The translations under genes were made by a program, and so were the position numbers. Of a DNA stretch of 64,000 nucleotides, positions 28,197-37,042 are shown in pieces. The notes below the pieces were generated by a model. That model was not told where the DNA came from, searched no databases, and saw nothing but the letters and a program-made list of their open reading frames with translations. Location of the stretch: positions 3,053-67,052 of IMG/VR virus record IMGVR_UViG_2654587510_000002. One strand, given 5' to 3'. How positions within the stretch are numbered: the stretch's first letter is position 1; the number at the start of each line of letters is the position of its first letter. Source of the DNA: a virus. Taxonomy: Duplodnaviria; Caudoviricetes.

Positions 28197-28365
28197 TTAT
28201 CCGGTAACAAAAACCGTAGAAATTACAGCGCCAATCAAGGTAGAGGTTCGAGGTAACAATCAAATATTAACTCTTGTCGTAAATGGGAAAGAGTTACAAG
28301 CCTTTAAAGGCATGTGCATCAGCTTGTTAGCAGCACAAGATGAATATGAAAAATCCGCCTTTTGA
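28168..28365 (+). CDS. Hypothetical protein
   Basis: AGGAG RBS, TTG start. Confidence 0.6.
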   Translation: MKIGKVDKTNYPVTKTVEITAPIKVEVRGNNQILTLVVNGKELQAFKGMCISLLAAQDEYEKSAF

Positions 28366-28410
28366 TTTGAAAGGTCAAGGCGGCTTATTCAATAGAACGA
28401 GAATTATTAT

Positions 28411-29265
28411 ATGAGCATGTTGTTAATGGTGCAAGCCATGAGTACAGAGGTGGGGAATGCAGCAAGGAAGCTCGTCCTGTTAAAACTAGCTGATAACGCA
28501 AATGATAGCGGTCAATGTTGGCCGTCTTATGAAACGATTGCTAGACATTGTGAAATGTCAAAGCGCACGGTAATGAGGCACATTCAAAAGCTTCAAGAGG
28601 ATGGTTTCGTTAATGTCACGCATCGCAAGAAAGAAGACTCAAACGAGAACAGAAGCAACATGTACACCCTTAATTTAAGTGGTGACAAAATGACACCACG
28701 TACAAAAAACGGTACTAACAAAATGACACCACCTAGTGACATACGATCACTAGGGGTAGTGACACACGATCACCAAGGTAGTGATCCTATGTCACCCAGA
28801 ACCAGTCATAGAACCAGTCAGTTAGAACCTGTTACCCCTATAGTCCCCAATCCAAAGAATTTGGATGTTGAAATTTTGGAGCATTTGAACGCTAAACGAA
28901 AAGCATTGTTTGATTCGTTTGGTTTCCAATCCAAAACGATTAACACAATTGACTCGAACTTGAAGCCAATTAAGGCGCGTTTGAAAAATTACACCGTGGA
29001 TGAAATCAAAACGGTTATCGACCACTTAATCGTGTCTTGGGGCAATGACGCATCGATGAGGCAGTACCTAACACCTGCCAGTATTTTTCGAGCGTCAAAA
29101 TTTGATGGAAAAAATATAGCAGCCCAAGAGTGGAAGCTTAATGGGAGTGCCGTTGGGTTCGGCAGGACTCTGAACAAGCAAGAAGCTCTAGAAGCTAAAA
29201 ACAGTGAAGCAGGTAAGGCGTTTTTAAGAAAATTGCATGGAGGTGATACCTATGAACATGAATGA
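28411..29265 (+). CDS. Replication initiator (O-like; HTH_36 N-terminus)
   Basis: KLVLLKLADNAND.GQCWPSYETIA; C-terminal YLTPASIF; internal iterons. Confidence 0.88.
   Translation: MSMLLMVQAMSTEVGNAARKLVLLKLADNANDSGQCWPSYETIARHCEMSKRTVMRHIQKLQEDGFVNVTHRKKEDSNENRSNMYTLNLSGDKMTPRTKNGTNKMTPPSDIRSLGVVTHDHQGSDPMSPRTSHRTSQLEPVTPIVPNPKNLDVEILEHLNAKRKALFDSFGFQSKTINTIDSNLKPIKARLKNYTVDEIKTVIDHLIVSWGNDASMRQYLTPASIFRASKFDGKNIAAQEWKLNGSAVGFGRTLNKQEALEAKNSEAGKAFLRKLHGGDTYEHE
28679..28797. repeat. Iterons / putative phage origin
   Basis: Five GTGAC-N5-(G/A)(T/A)CAC-like units, e.g. GTGACAAAATGACAC, GTGACATACGATCAC, GTGACACACGATCAC. Confidence 0.75.
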
Positions 29266-29896
29266 TGGAGATCGTTTCATCGGAATATTGGAAGCGAATA
29301 TGGCGCTTTACAACCGAGAGCTGAGTGAAGCGGTTATGGGCATTTGGTTTGATGATCTAAAAAGTCATGACATTGGCTCTATTGAGCAAGCGTTTCAGAT
29401 GCACAGACGTAACCCTGATAATGGGCAATACCCCCCAAAACCTGCTGATATTGAAAAATTGATTGGTGGCACTTCTGACGATAGAGCTTTGATTGCATGG
29501 TCAAAAGTAAAAAAAGCGATAGGTGAAATTGGTGCTCATAATTCATTAGTTTTTGATGATCCTTTAATTCATGCCGTGATCACTGATATGGGCGATTGGA
29601 TAAAACTCTGTAGAACTTCTGATGATGAATTTCCGTTTGTCGCTAAAGAGTTTGAGCGCCGATACCGCTCAGCTCTCTACAATCCGCCTCAATCGCACCC
29701 TAAGAAGCTCGTGGGCATTTCTGAGCAGCAAAACTTTTCAAGCGGCTTTGAGCACAGTGATGCGCCGCTAACCATTGGAAATACAGAAGCGTGTCGTATC
29801 GTTTACAGGACGGGTGGCACATCATCAACAAGTATTGGTGTATTGCTTTCTGATAGCTCCTCAAATCGATCTCAGGGGGCTTTAGTCGCTAAATGA
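29252..29896 (+). CDS. DUF6475 replication-associated protein
   Basis: HRRNPDNGQYPPKPAD, FDDPLIHAVI, FVAKEFERRY. Confidence 0.8.
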   Translation: MNMNDGDRFIGILEANMALYNRELSEAVMGIWFDDLKSHDIGSIEQAFQMHRRNPDNGQYPPKPADIEKLIGGTSDDRALIAWSKVKKAIGEIGAHNSLVFDDPLIHAVITDMGDWIKLCRTSDDEFPFVAKEFERRYRSALYNPPQSHPKKLVGISEQQNFSSGFEHSDAPLTIGNTEACRIVYRTGGTSSTSIGVLLSDSSSNRSQGALVAK

Positions 29897-30531
29897 ATGC
29901 ATCGATAACTAAAAAGAAAAACAACGACATACTGGCTCTTGTGGGGGTTGGTGGATTTATCCAGTACGCCACCAATGACGAGCAAGACCGCGCTAAAGCT
30001 TTGAAAGGTCGAGTGGTTGCTATCAAGCCGAAGAAAGCCGGTAGCCGATGCTTAAAGTATCACCGTAGATTTTTTGCTTTGATTCGCCTTGGCTTCACCT
30101 ACTGGTCGCCTCATGTGTCATTGGTCAGCGATCCGGAAAATGCGATTGCTCACGCTGTAGCAAAGAGGTTCTGTGCGCTTGGTGGTAATCCAGAACTGTA
30201 TGAGCTTCAAGGCAAAGAGATTGCAGAGTTGGTTCTATCTGAACTCAAGGGCAAGCGTGAGGGCATCATCGATGTTGAGGCCTATAAGTGCGAAGAAGCC
30301 TACAGAAACCAAGTGATGATCGATGCTGGATTTTTTGAGTTCGTGAATATCGCCGGAGGTGGGGTTATCAAAGTTCCCTGGTCTATCGCATTCGACAACA
30401 TGCAAGAGGATGATTTTCGCAAAATCTACCGTGGCTGCCATGACGTTATTTGGCAGAAGTCGTTATTTCAAATATTCGACGACGAAGCAGAAATGGACAA
30501 AGCAGTTGATCAGCTGATGGCATTTATCTAG
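29893..30531 (+). CDS. DUF1367 family protein
   Basis: YHRRFFALIRLGF, SIAFDNMQEDDF. Confidence 0.8.
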   Translation: MNASITKKKNNDILALVGVGGFIQYATNDEQDRAKALKGRVVAIKPKKAGSRCLKYHRRFFALIRLGFTYWSPHVSLVSDPENAIAHAVAKRFCALGGNPELYELQGKEIAELVLSELKGKREGIIDVEAYKCEEAYRNQVMIDAGFFEFVNIAGGGVIKVPWSIAFDNMQEDDFRKIYRGCHDVIWQKSLFQIFDDEAEMDKAVDQLMAFI

Positions 30532-30539
30532 GGGGCGCA

Positions 30540-30827
30540 ATGAAAATAGTAAGTAAAAAGATCAGAAATTCAGCAAGAGGCCAAGATTGCACATTGCGCT
30601 TAGTAAGTGTTTGCAACCATAATCCAGAGACGACAATTTTAGCTCATATTGGGTTTGATGGCGGTTGGGCTACTAAATGTAGTGATAATATCGCTGTGTA
30701 CTCATGTTCAGATTGCCACGTTGAAATTGATAGGTGCTCTCGAGGGACGCACGCAGAAGATAAGCTTCGTGCTCTCGAAGAAACCCAAGCAATCCTAATT
30801 CAACAAGGTTTACTGGAGTTTAAATGA
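30540..30827 (+). CDS. DUF1364 (YbcO-like) putative nuclease
   Basis: SARGQDCTLR, NPETTILAH, CSDCH..ID. Confidence 0.85.
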   Translation: MKIVSKKIRNSARGQDCTLRLVSVCNHNPETTILAHIGFDGGWATKCSDNIAVYSCSDCHVEIDRCSRGTHAEDKLRALEETQAILIQQGLLEFK

Positions 30828-31261
30828 TGTCTGCCTACGATAGTGAATACCGACAGTTGTTTGAAAGCTTAACTAGGGTTCGCCAGAACTTAGAAACGGT
30901 TTTAAAGCTGTCTAACGTTAGTGATGATGCTTTTTCTTGGGTAATGTTTGCCTATGTTAGCTCCGAGGAAGACGAACATAGTTACAGAAAAGTGAGGCGA
31001 CTTATTGTTTCTGAACTCGATGAACAGCTATCTAAGGAATCTGCTGATAATCCAAGTCTTATATTGAGGGTTGCCGATCTTACGATTGCAGAAGCGTTAG
31101 GGGGGGATTTAAAACAGAGTCATCGCGCTTCTATCTTGGGTGTGTCTAAGCCTACTTATTATAGGAATGCTCATCGGTACCAGAGCTTGATGGAAGTCGC
31201 TCGAAAGGTGGTTGTTAATTGGGAGTTAGAGGCTAGAAACAAGATACTTGAAAACTCATGA
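30824..31261 (+). CDS. Putative late antiterminator Q-like protein
   Basis: Last gene of the nin-like region; C-terminal HTH RASILGVSKPTYY; terminator follows. Confidence 0.55.
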   Translation: MMSAYDSEYRQLFESLTRVRQNLETVLKLSNVSDDAFSWVMFAYVSSEEDEHSYRKVRRLIVSELDEQLSKESADNPSLILRVADLTIAEALGGDLKQSHRASILGVSKPTYYRNAHRYQSLMEVARKVVVNWELEARNKILENS

Positions 31262-31314
31262 TCAAGCGCTATTGAAGAGTGAGACACTTTTTGATAGGAT
31301 TTTTCTAGTTTGGG

Positions 31315-31349
31315 AAGAAAGGGGGCTGCATAATTGCAGCCCCCTTTTT
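31315..31349. terminator. Bidirectional intrinsic terminator
   Basis: AAAGGGGGCTGCA-TAAT-TGCAGCCCCCTTTTT. Confidence 0.85.
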
Positions 31350-31485
31350 AGTTAAATATTTCAGGGTCGGCTATTTGATATATAGCCTCAATTATTTTGT
31401 CTTTGTCCTCTTTCTGCACAACCTCTTCATGTAGGCTCTCCAGAAAATCAATAATAAGCCCGAAACACTCCTTTTTTAATTGCAC
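31348..31485 (-). CDS. Unannotated 45-aa small ORF, candidate antirepressor
   Basis: AAGGAG RBS 6 nt before GTG; MQLKKECFGLIIDFLESLHEEVVQKEDKDKIIEAIYQIADPEIFN; stop abuts the terminator. Confidence 0.7.
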   Translation of the reverse strand: MQLKKECFGLIIDFLESLHEEVVQKEDKDKIIEAIYQIADPEIFN

Positions 31486-31618
31486 CCACTACTCCTTGAT
31501 TGCTCAGCTAGTCTAGCGCCACCTTGACGCGTGTCATGAATCCAACGCTCTTTATTGTTATAATTATCACTAATGTAAAGCGCTGAGATAACGTTACACA
31601 ATTCTTCACATATTGCAG

Positions 31619-31636
31619 AGGGTTGAAATCCACCCT
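31619..31636. promoter_or_regulatory. VqmA-type operator
   Basis: AGGGTTGAAATCCACCCT, an 18-bp quasi-palindrome resembling the V. cholerae VqmA site AGGGGGGAAATCCCCCCT (recalled). Confidence 0.65.
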
Positions 31637-31675
31637 GTTAATGTTGCATTCCTGTTGGATTGTTGAGTATTTGAT

Positions 31676-32410
31676 ATGGATGATAATAGCTACCTGAGAG
31701 CTTTATGCTACAAATTCAGTATGCATCGGTTCCCTTGTATGATTTTACTGCGCAATGGGAGTATTTACTCTACAAATGAGCGCATGTCCGATTTTTTCTC
31801 TATTAATAAGGATGTTAATTGCCACTATTCTATTGGTAGAAATCTTGAGTTGTTTCAAAGTTTTTCTGCAATACTTGAACATATTTTGTTACATCTGAAT
31901 TCTAAGACTTTTATTGTGTCTGGGGAGACGGATAGTGGTATAAAAATCTGCTTATCTAGGAAGTCACCAATTATTGCACCGAGTGGTAAGCTTATTGGTG
32001 TGGAGATTCAGTTAATTCCAATGTCTGTGGTTATGGGGGCTGTTGGATATTTCCAAAGTAAGTTTTTTTACCAAACTAATGACATCGCCGTAACTCTAAG
32101 AGAGTCGATTGGTGGGTGGGAATTTAGTGATCTCCAAAGTTCGTACTTGTTCTTCATTGTCAGAAACTTTTCTGAGGGGGGGTTGGCCGAAATTTTCGGT
32201 GTGAAACGCACCTCTGCAAGAAGTTGTATTGAGAGAATTAAAGTAAAAATGGAAGCAAAGTTAGGGTGTAAGATAGACGGCCTTGACGGAATTCGAAAGG
32301 CTTGCTTTGAGCACGGACTGCACTGCATGTTGCCTAAAGGGATGTTTCCAGTTCAACGATGCATTGAATTACATTTCGACCTTGACGATTGGTATGAGGT
32401 TAGATTGTAA
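31676..32410 (+). CDS. VqmA-like PAS + LuxR-type HTH regulator
   Basis: 244 aa. SRKSPIIAPSGKLIG resembles VqmA FTKTPWRDSQGKIQG; FSDLQSSYLFFIV...LAEIFGV...IERIKVKM forms the HTH; GLHCMLPKGMFPVQRCIEL resembles GFGSVIPKTLLRKQLSVVL. Confidence 0.75.
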   Translation: MDDNSYLRALCYKFSMHRFPCMILLRNGSIYSTNERMSDFFSINKDVNCHYSIGRNLELFQSFSAILEHILLHLNSKTFIVSGETDSGIKICLSRKSPIIAPSGKLIGVEIQLIPMSVVMGAVGYFQSKFFYQTNDIAVTLRESIGGWEFSDLQSSYLFFIVRNFSEGGLAEIFGVKRTSARSCIERIKVKMEAKLGCKIDGLDGIRKACFEHGLHCMLPKGMFPVQRCIELHFDLDDWYEVRL

Positions 32411-32430
32411 CAATAGACTAATTATGTTTT

Positions 32431-32455
32431 AGCCTCGCGAATGCGGGGCTTTTTT
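32431..32455 (+). terminator. Intrinsic terminator
   Basis: AGCCTCGC-GAAT-GCGGGGCTTTTTT. Confidence 0.8.
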
Positions 32456-32466
32456 ATGGGGGCCGT

Positions 32467-32802
32467 ATGGCAGAAACAAAAATTGAGATTTCTCTGCCAA
32501 TTGTCGGCATCGCAGTTACGTTAATGTGTGGCGCGTTAACAGTCGTCGGGGGCATTAACGCAATGTATATGGCATCAATCAATGGACAACTCGCGTCCTT
32601 GGCTGAAAGTGACTCAAAGCATGCCGGTGATATCTCGGATCTACAAAACGGTATGATTGCGCTTCAAAACGAAATGACTAACGCGATTCAAGCGTACCAA
32701 GATCCAACGGATTATTGGGCTAGCTATTACGATGATGATGGTAAGTTTTATCAGCTGCGCTTACATAGGGCGCAATTTTTCAAGGAAAGAAAGGATGGTT
32801 AA
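32467..32802 (+). CDS. TM + coiled-coil protein in the lysis cassette
   Basis: N-terminal TM; position. Confidence 0.65.
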   Translation: MAETKIEISLPIVGIAVTLMCGALTVVGGINAMYMASINGQLASLAESDSKHAGDISDLQNGMIALQNEMTNAIQAYQDPTDYWASYYDDDGKFYQLRLHRAQFFKERKDG

Positions 32803-32804
32803 TT

Positions 32805-33116
32805 ATGATGTATAAAATTGCAGAAAGTATCGACAAGAACAAAGGCTTGTTTGTCATGACGATTTTGGCGGCTTGCTTCTATCACTTCATGGTTGTGCCC
32901 TCGTCTGAAACCATGATGGCCTCAGACACAGATCGCATGATCCTAAAATTTGGTTTCTCGATTTTTGGATTGTACTTTTTAGCACGATTTTTTGACTGGA
33001 TGAATGGAGTGGAGTTTAGAAATGTTATTGAAAATATCAATAAAGACCCCGTTAGTGCTGCATTTTACAATGGCTTTAGGCTTATCGCTATTGCCATCGT
33101 ACTCTGTGGCATCTGA
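32805..33116 (+). CDS. Putative holin
   Basis: Three TM segments; overlaps the endolysin gene. Confidence 0.65.
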   Translation: MMYKIAESIDKNKGLFVMTILAACFYHFMVVPSSETMMASDTDRMILKFGFSIFGLYFLARFFDWMNGVEFRNVIENINKDPVSAAFYNGFRLIAIAIVLCGI

Positions 33117-33603
33117 TCAGTATGATCAGTTAATCAGAGACTCATGGGAAAAGCGAGTAAGGCATGTTCATTGGGGGCACGCTTGGGCTCAAGTTAAGCA
33201 GGAATCGGCCTTTCGCTGTGATGCTGTTTCTCCTGTTGGCGCGGCAGGGTGTGCACAGTTTATGCCTGGTACTTGGAATGATATGCAGCGACTTGGCATT
33301 GTTCCAGATAGCGCAACGCCATTTAACCCTCGTTGGGCTTTTGAAGCTCAAGCATATTACATGGACTATTTACTGAGGTTTTGGAAATCACCTAGAACAC
33401 ACGAGAGCTGGGTTAACTTAGCAACTGCAAGTTATAACGCAGGTGCGGGTAATATTTTGAAGTCTCAAAAGCTTTGCAATGGTGCTGTGGAGTATGGGGA
33501 GATTATGGAGTGTTTGCCTGTCGTCACAGGGCATCATCACAAAGAAACTCAACACTATGTGAAAAATATCAACAAGTACCGGATTGAAAGATTTGGAAAA
33601 TAA
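33070..33603 (+). CDS. Endolysin, SLT lytic transglycosylase
   Basis: QESAF..AVSPVGAAGCAQFMPGTW, ASYNAG, ETQHYV. Confidence 0.92.
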   Translation: MALGLSLLPSYSVASDQYDQLIRDSWEKRVRHVHWGHAWAQVKQESAFRCDAVSPVGAAGCAQFMPGTWNDMQRLGIVPDSATPFNPRWAFEAQAYYMDYLLRFWKSPRTHESWVNLATASYNAGAGNILKSQKLCNGAVEYGEIMECLPVVTGHHHKETQHYVKNINKYRIERFGK

Positions 33604-33627
33604 GCCTCGCTATTGCGGGGCTTTTTT
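33602..33627 (+). terminator. Intrinsic terminator
   Basis: AAGCCTCGC-TATT-GCGGGGCTTTTTT. Confidence 0.75.
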
Positions 33628-33643
33628 GTGAGGAAAGGGATTT

Positions 33644-34003
33644 ATGAAATGGTATGTGTGGTTGTTAGTTTTTAGTAGCTTGGCGATTGGAGTGCTGATC
33701 TACAACGAACGACAACAAAACATAGGAAGAAATGAAGCGATCATTGAGTGCAATGAATCTGAGAAGCAAATTTTACTAGATATTATTGCTGATCTAGATC
33801 ATCAGATAGAGGTCAAAGAGGCTTTTGAGCAGCGAGCTAATATGCTCATTCAAGAGTTAGAGACCGAAAAGGAAGCGCTGAGGATTCAACATGAAAGAGA
33901 TATTGACATTTTCAGAGCGACTCAAACGAATGAATGTGGCGATTTGCCTCATGGTGATGCTGTTAACGGGTTGCTCTCAGGGGCGAACTTCCGTCTCAAT
34001 TAG
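33644..34003 (+). CDS. i-spanin (Rz-like)
   Basis: N-terminal TM, coiled coil, overlapping lipoprotein gene. Confidence 0.75.
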   Translation: MKWYVWLLVFSSLAIGVLIYNERQQNIGRNEAIIECNESEKQILLDIIADLDHQIEVKEAFEQRANMLIQELETEKEALRIQHERDIDIFRATQTNECGDLPHGDAVNGLLSGANFRLN

Positions 34004-34184
34004 TGCAACTAAGTACATCTATCAAAAGCCGCCATTACCTCTAGTCGAAGCTTGCACCTATGAAGACTACACGGGGTCTGTATGGAACGACCTCGCTGAG
34101 TATGCAAAGGAGTTGCAACTCGAAATAGTATTTTGCCAGTTACAAAACGATAAGCTCAAGGAGGCTTACGAGCCCATTGAGTGA
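33930..34184 (+). CDS. o-spanin (Rz1-like lipoprotein)
   Basis: Lipobox LLTGC, Pro-rich, overlaps Rz. Confidence 0.8.
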   Translation: MNVAICLMVMLLTGCSQGRTSVSISATKYIYQKPPLPLVEACTYEDYTGSVWNDLAEYAKELQLEIVFCQLQNDKLKEAYEPIE

Positions 34185-34207
34185 TGCCATTTGACAAGGA
34201 GGTTAAG

Positions 34208-34816
34208 ATGGAACAATTCTACGAATACCGAGTTCGTGAGATAAATGAACTCAAGCCTAACCCTAACAATCCGAATATTCATGATGAAAAAAATATTTCT
34301 GAGTTGGCCTCATCATTAAAAGAATGGAAATTTACAAACCCAATTCTGATCGATGAGAAAGATGAAATCATAGCAGGTCATGGACGTTGGCAAGCCGCCA
34401 AGCATATCGGTTATGAGCATGTTCCTACGATAACGCTATCAGGCTTATCCGAAGAGCAAAAAATTGGCTATATGATCGCTGATAACTCATTACCACACGG
34501 TTCAGTTTGGGATGAGGGTTTACTGCTTCAAAACCTTGAAGCATTAGAAGATATGGATTTTGACGTTGATCTCTTGGCTCTAGAGAATGTAGAGGGGCTG
34601 GATCTTTCTATGGACCTTGAAGAGTTAGAAGATGGTCATGCGCTCGATGCAGGGCGAGAGTTGAAAGAGTCTGGTACCAGGTTGGTTATAGGCGAATATT
34701 CATTTCCAATAGAGCGTGAGGTCTATTTAAAGTGGCAAGAGGAAGTGAGAGAAGCAGGAGGTTTTAGTCGCGATGAGGTTTTAGAGACCATTAAAGCGAG
34801 GCTTAAACTATGCTAA
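34208..34816 (+). CDS. ParB/Srx N-terminal domain protein
   Basis: LKPNPNNPNIH, NPILID, IIAGHGRWQAA, IADN. Confidence 0.85.
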   Translation: MEQFYEYRVREINELKPNPNNPNIHDEKNISELASSLKEWKFTNPILIDEKDEIIAGHGRWQAAKHIGYEHVPTITLSGLSEEQKIGYMIADNSLPHGSVWDEGLLLQNLEALEDMDFDVDLLALENVEGLDLSMDLEELEDGHALDAGRELKESGTRLVIGEYSFPIEREVYLKWQEEVREAGGFSRDEVLETIKARLKLC

Positions 34817-36333
34817 AACTCGTTCCTATCGATTCAGTTAAGCCCTCCACATATAACCCACGTAAAGCCGACATCGAGCGGCTAGATATTCTTGAGTTGA
34901 GTTTGAGAAAGCTTGGCTTCGTTCTTCCCCTATTTGCCGACGCTAACGGCGAAATTCTATCTGGCCACCAAAGACACCTTGTTGCTAAAGAGCGCTTAGG
35001 CTTAACTCATGTGCCTGTTTTCTTTACAGAGAAAATGGACATTGCTGATCGCAAAGCAATAAACATTGCGTTTAATCGCGGGACTAATGATCTCAACATC
35101 TCTGACACACCAACTAATATGACCGAGGCGTTAGCTAAAGCTAATCTCGTAGAAAGTTCGCTAATGGTTAAAGATCGAGATTTAGAAGACCGTAGTTTTT
35201 ATCGGTGCCTAAATTCAAGGCCAGTGCTTGTTTCTGAGTTGGTTGATGCTAACCGTGGATGTTGGATTAACTACGCTAGAAACATGGCGCGAATGCTCAA
35301 GCGAAAAAAAGTAGACATGGCGGTTGTGTGCACACCTGATAATAAAGTCGTTAATGGAATTGGTCGCTTGCAGTACGCTGCAGAAAAAAGCATTGAGCGA
35401 ATTGAGGTTATCTATATTTCTCACGCAGAGGCGGCGCTAAGTCATGCCATGCTTAATTTGCTCAGTATGGATTTTGATATTCATACTCGTTATGAGGACT
35501 TGCTCCGATACAATTCATTCAGACGGGCACGCCGAGCGCGGAGCTCACTTGGACAAGGTTTTATTTTTGCCGTTGCACCTAATTCACGCTCTAAGGACTT
35601 TGATGTAGAGACGGACAGCAACTCCAAACTTTGGAAAAGAACGTATGGCCGAAATGTTGTCGATTTTGGAGCAGGTCATTTAACTGAAACATACTTATTA
35701 AGAAGTATTGGTGTGAACGTTACGCCATTTGAGCCTTATCGATTAGGTGAGAGTGGGAATATCAACAAAGATGAAAGCATAGACTTGGCAATTGGCTTTT
35801 TAGAACAAGTCAGGTCTGGTAAGAAATTTGATTCTGTATTCATAAGCTCAGTTTTGAATAGCGTTCCTTTTGTTGCTGATAGGCGCAAGGTCGCTTGTAT
35901 TTGCGCGGCGTTGTGCGGCCCTAAAACTCGCTTGTACGCATGTGCTAGTTCGTCTACCGACAGCACAAGCTTAAATGTAACCAAGGGCTCAGATGGGTTA
36001 GCGCAGCGACAGTCAACATACGCTACATTTGGCCTAGATTATGAAGATGGGATAACCATTGGCGACTTTCAAGAAAAGCCAAAGGTGCAAAAGTACCATT
36101 CTCCTAGTGAGTTCTACGCATTGTTTAAGCATTACTTTCAGACGGTTCGCGTAGAAGATAGTCTTAACAATGTTAGAGCTACGTGTATGACCATAGATTT
36201 TAAGGCGGTGGTTAAGGACCTCAAGTCAGCTTTGGAGTTTGAGTTTAATTTACCTTATCCAGATGGTTCCAAAATGGGTCTAACAACAATGGCAATAGAA
36301 GCGTTCGAAAAAAGACTAGGGGTGAAGTTATGA
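34810..36333 (+). CDS. Tandem ParB-like domains fused to a SAM-dependent methyltransferase-like domain
   Basis: YNPR/LSGHQR, VVNGIGRL, VVDFGAG, FDSVFISSVLNSVP. Confidence 0.75.
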   Translation: MLKLVPIDSVKPSTYNPRKADIERLDILELSLRKLGFVLPLFADANGEILSGHQRHLVAKERLGLTHVPVFFTEKMDIADRKAINIAFNRGTNDLNISDTPTNMTEALAKANLVESSLMVKDRDLEDRSFYRCLNSRPVLVSELVDANRGCWINYARNMARMLKRKKVDMAVVCTPDNKVVNGIGRLQYAAEKSIERIEVIYISHAEAALSHAMLNLLSMDFDIHTRYEDLLRYNSFRRARRARSSLGQGFIFAVAPNSRSKDFDVETDSNSKLWKRTYGRNVVDFGAGHLTETYLLRSIGVNVTPFEPYRLGESGNINKDESIDLAIGFLEQVRSGKKFDSVFISSVLNSVPFVADRRKVACICAALCGPKTRLYACASSSTDSTSLNVTKGSDGLAQRQSTYATFGLDYEDGITIGDFQEKPKVQKYHSPSEFYALFKHYFQTVRVEDSLNNVRATCMTIDFKAVVKDLKSALEFEFNLPYPDGSKMGLTTMAIEAFEKRLGVKL

Positions 36334-36977
36334 TCATACCTGAGTCATGGACGTTCAAAAATGCTGATGTAGCGGATGGATTTGATAACCATGTTCGAGA
36401 GCAATTGCCTTGGTATCTAATAGCGACAAGTATGACGGCTCACCTTGCTCGGAACTATCTACCAGAGCAGGGAACATTTATTGACCTTGGTTGCTCTACG
36501 GGGAATATAACCAAGGCGTGTAAAAATGAGCTTGTTCATCGAAATGCTACGGTAGTCAATATTGATAACTCAGAAGAAATGGCAGCGCGGTTTGATGGTG
36601 TTGGTGATGTTACTACAGCGGATATTGAGTCTTATGAGATACCTGAGTTTGATGTTTGCGTAATGTTCCTATCATTGATGTTTGTCCCGGTTAGCAAGCG
36701 GTCTGAGTTGATTGCCAACTTAGTCCGTAAAGTTAACGCTGGTGGCGTGGTGATTATCGTAGACAAGATGGAGTCTTTTTCTGGTTATAGCGGTCAGGTG
36801 ATTAGTCGGCTGACGATGGCCAATAAGTTAGAGTCGGGCTGTAGTGCTGACGACATACTTAAAAAGGAGCTTTCATTATCAGGAATCCAAAGGCCATTAA
36901 AGCCTGAGCTACTTGGACCATTTACTAAGTGGTTCCAAATGGGTGAGTTTTGCGGGTACCTGTTTGAGGGCACTTAA
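36330..36977 (+). CDS. CmoA-like class I SAM-dependent transferase
   Basis: WTF..VADGFDNHVREQLPWY, DLGCSTG, IDNSEEM, WFQ. Confidence 0.78.
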   Translation: MIIPESWTFKNADVADGFDNHVREQLPWYLIATSMTAHLARNYLPEQGTFIDLGCSTGNITKACKNELVHRNATVVNIDNSEEMAARFDGVGDVTTADIESYEIPEFDVCVMFLSLMFVPVSKRSELIANLVRKVNAGGVVIIVDKMESFSGYSGQVISRLTMANKLESGCSADDILKKELSLSGIQRPLKPELLGPFTKWFQMGEFCGYLFEGT

Positions 36978-36993
36978 AACAGATTTGATAAGT

Positions 36994-37017
36994 AAGGGCC
37001 TAATAAGGCCCTTTTTT
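36994..37017 (+). terminator. Intrinsic terminator
   Basis: AAGGGCCT-AATA-AGGCCCTTTTTT. Confidence 0.8.
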
Positions 37018-37042
37018 ATTGCCAGTGAAACATGGAGGTTAC

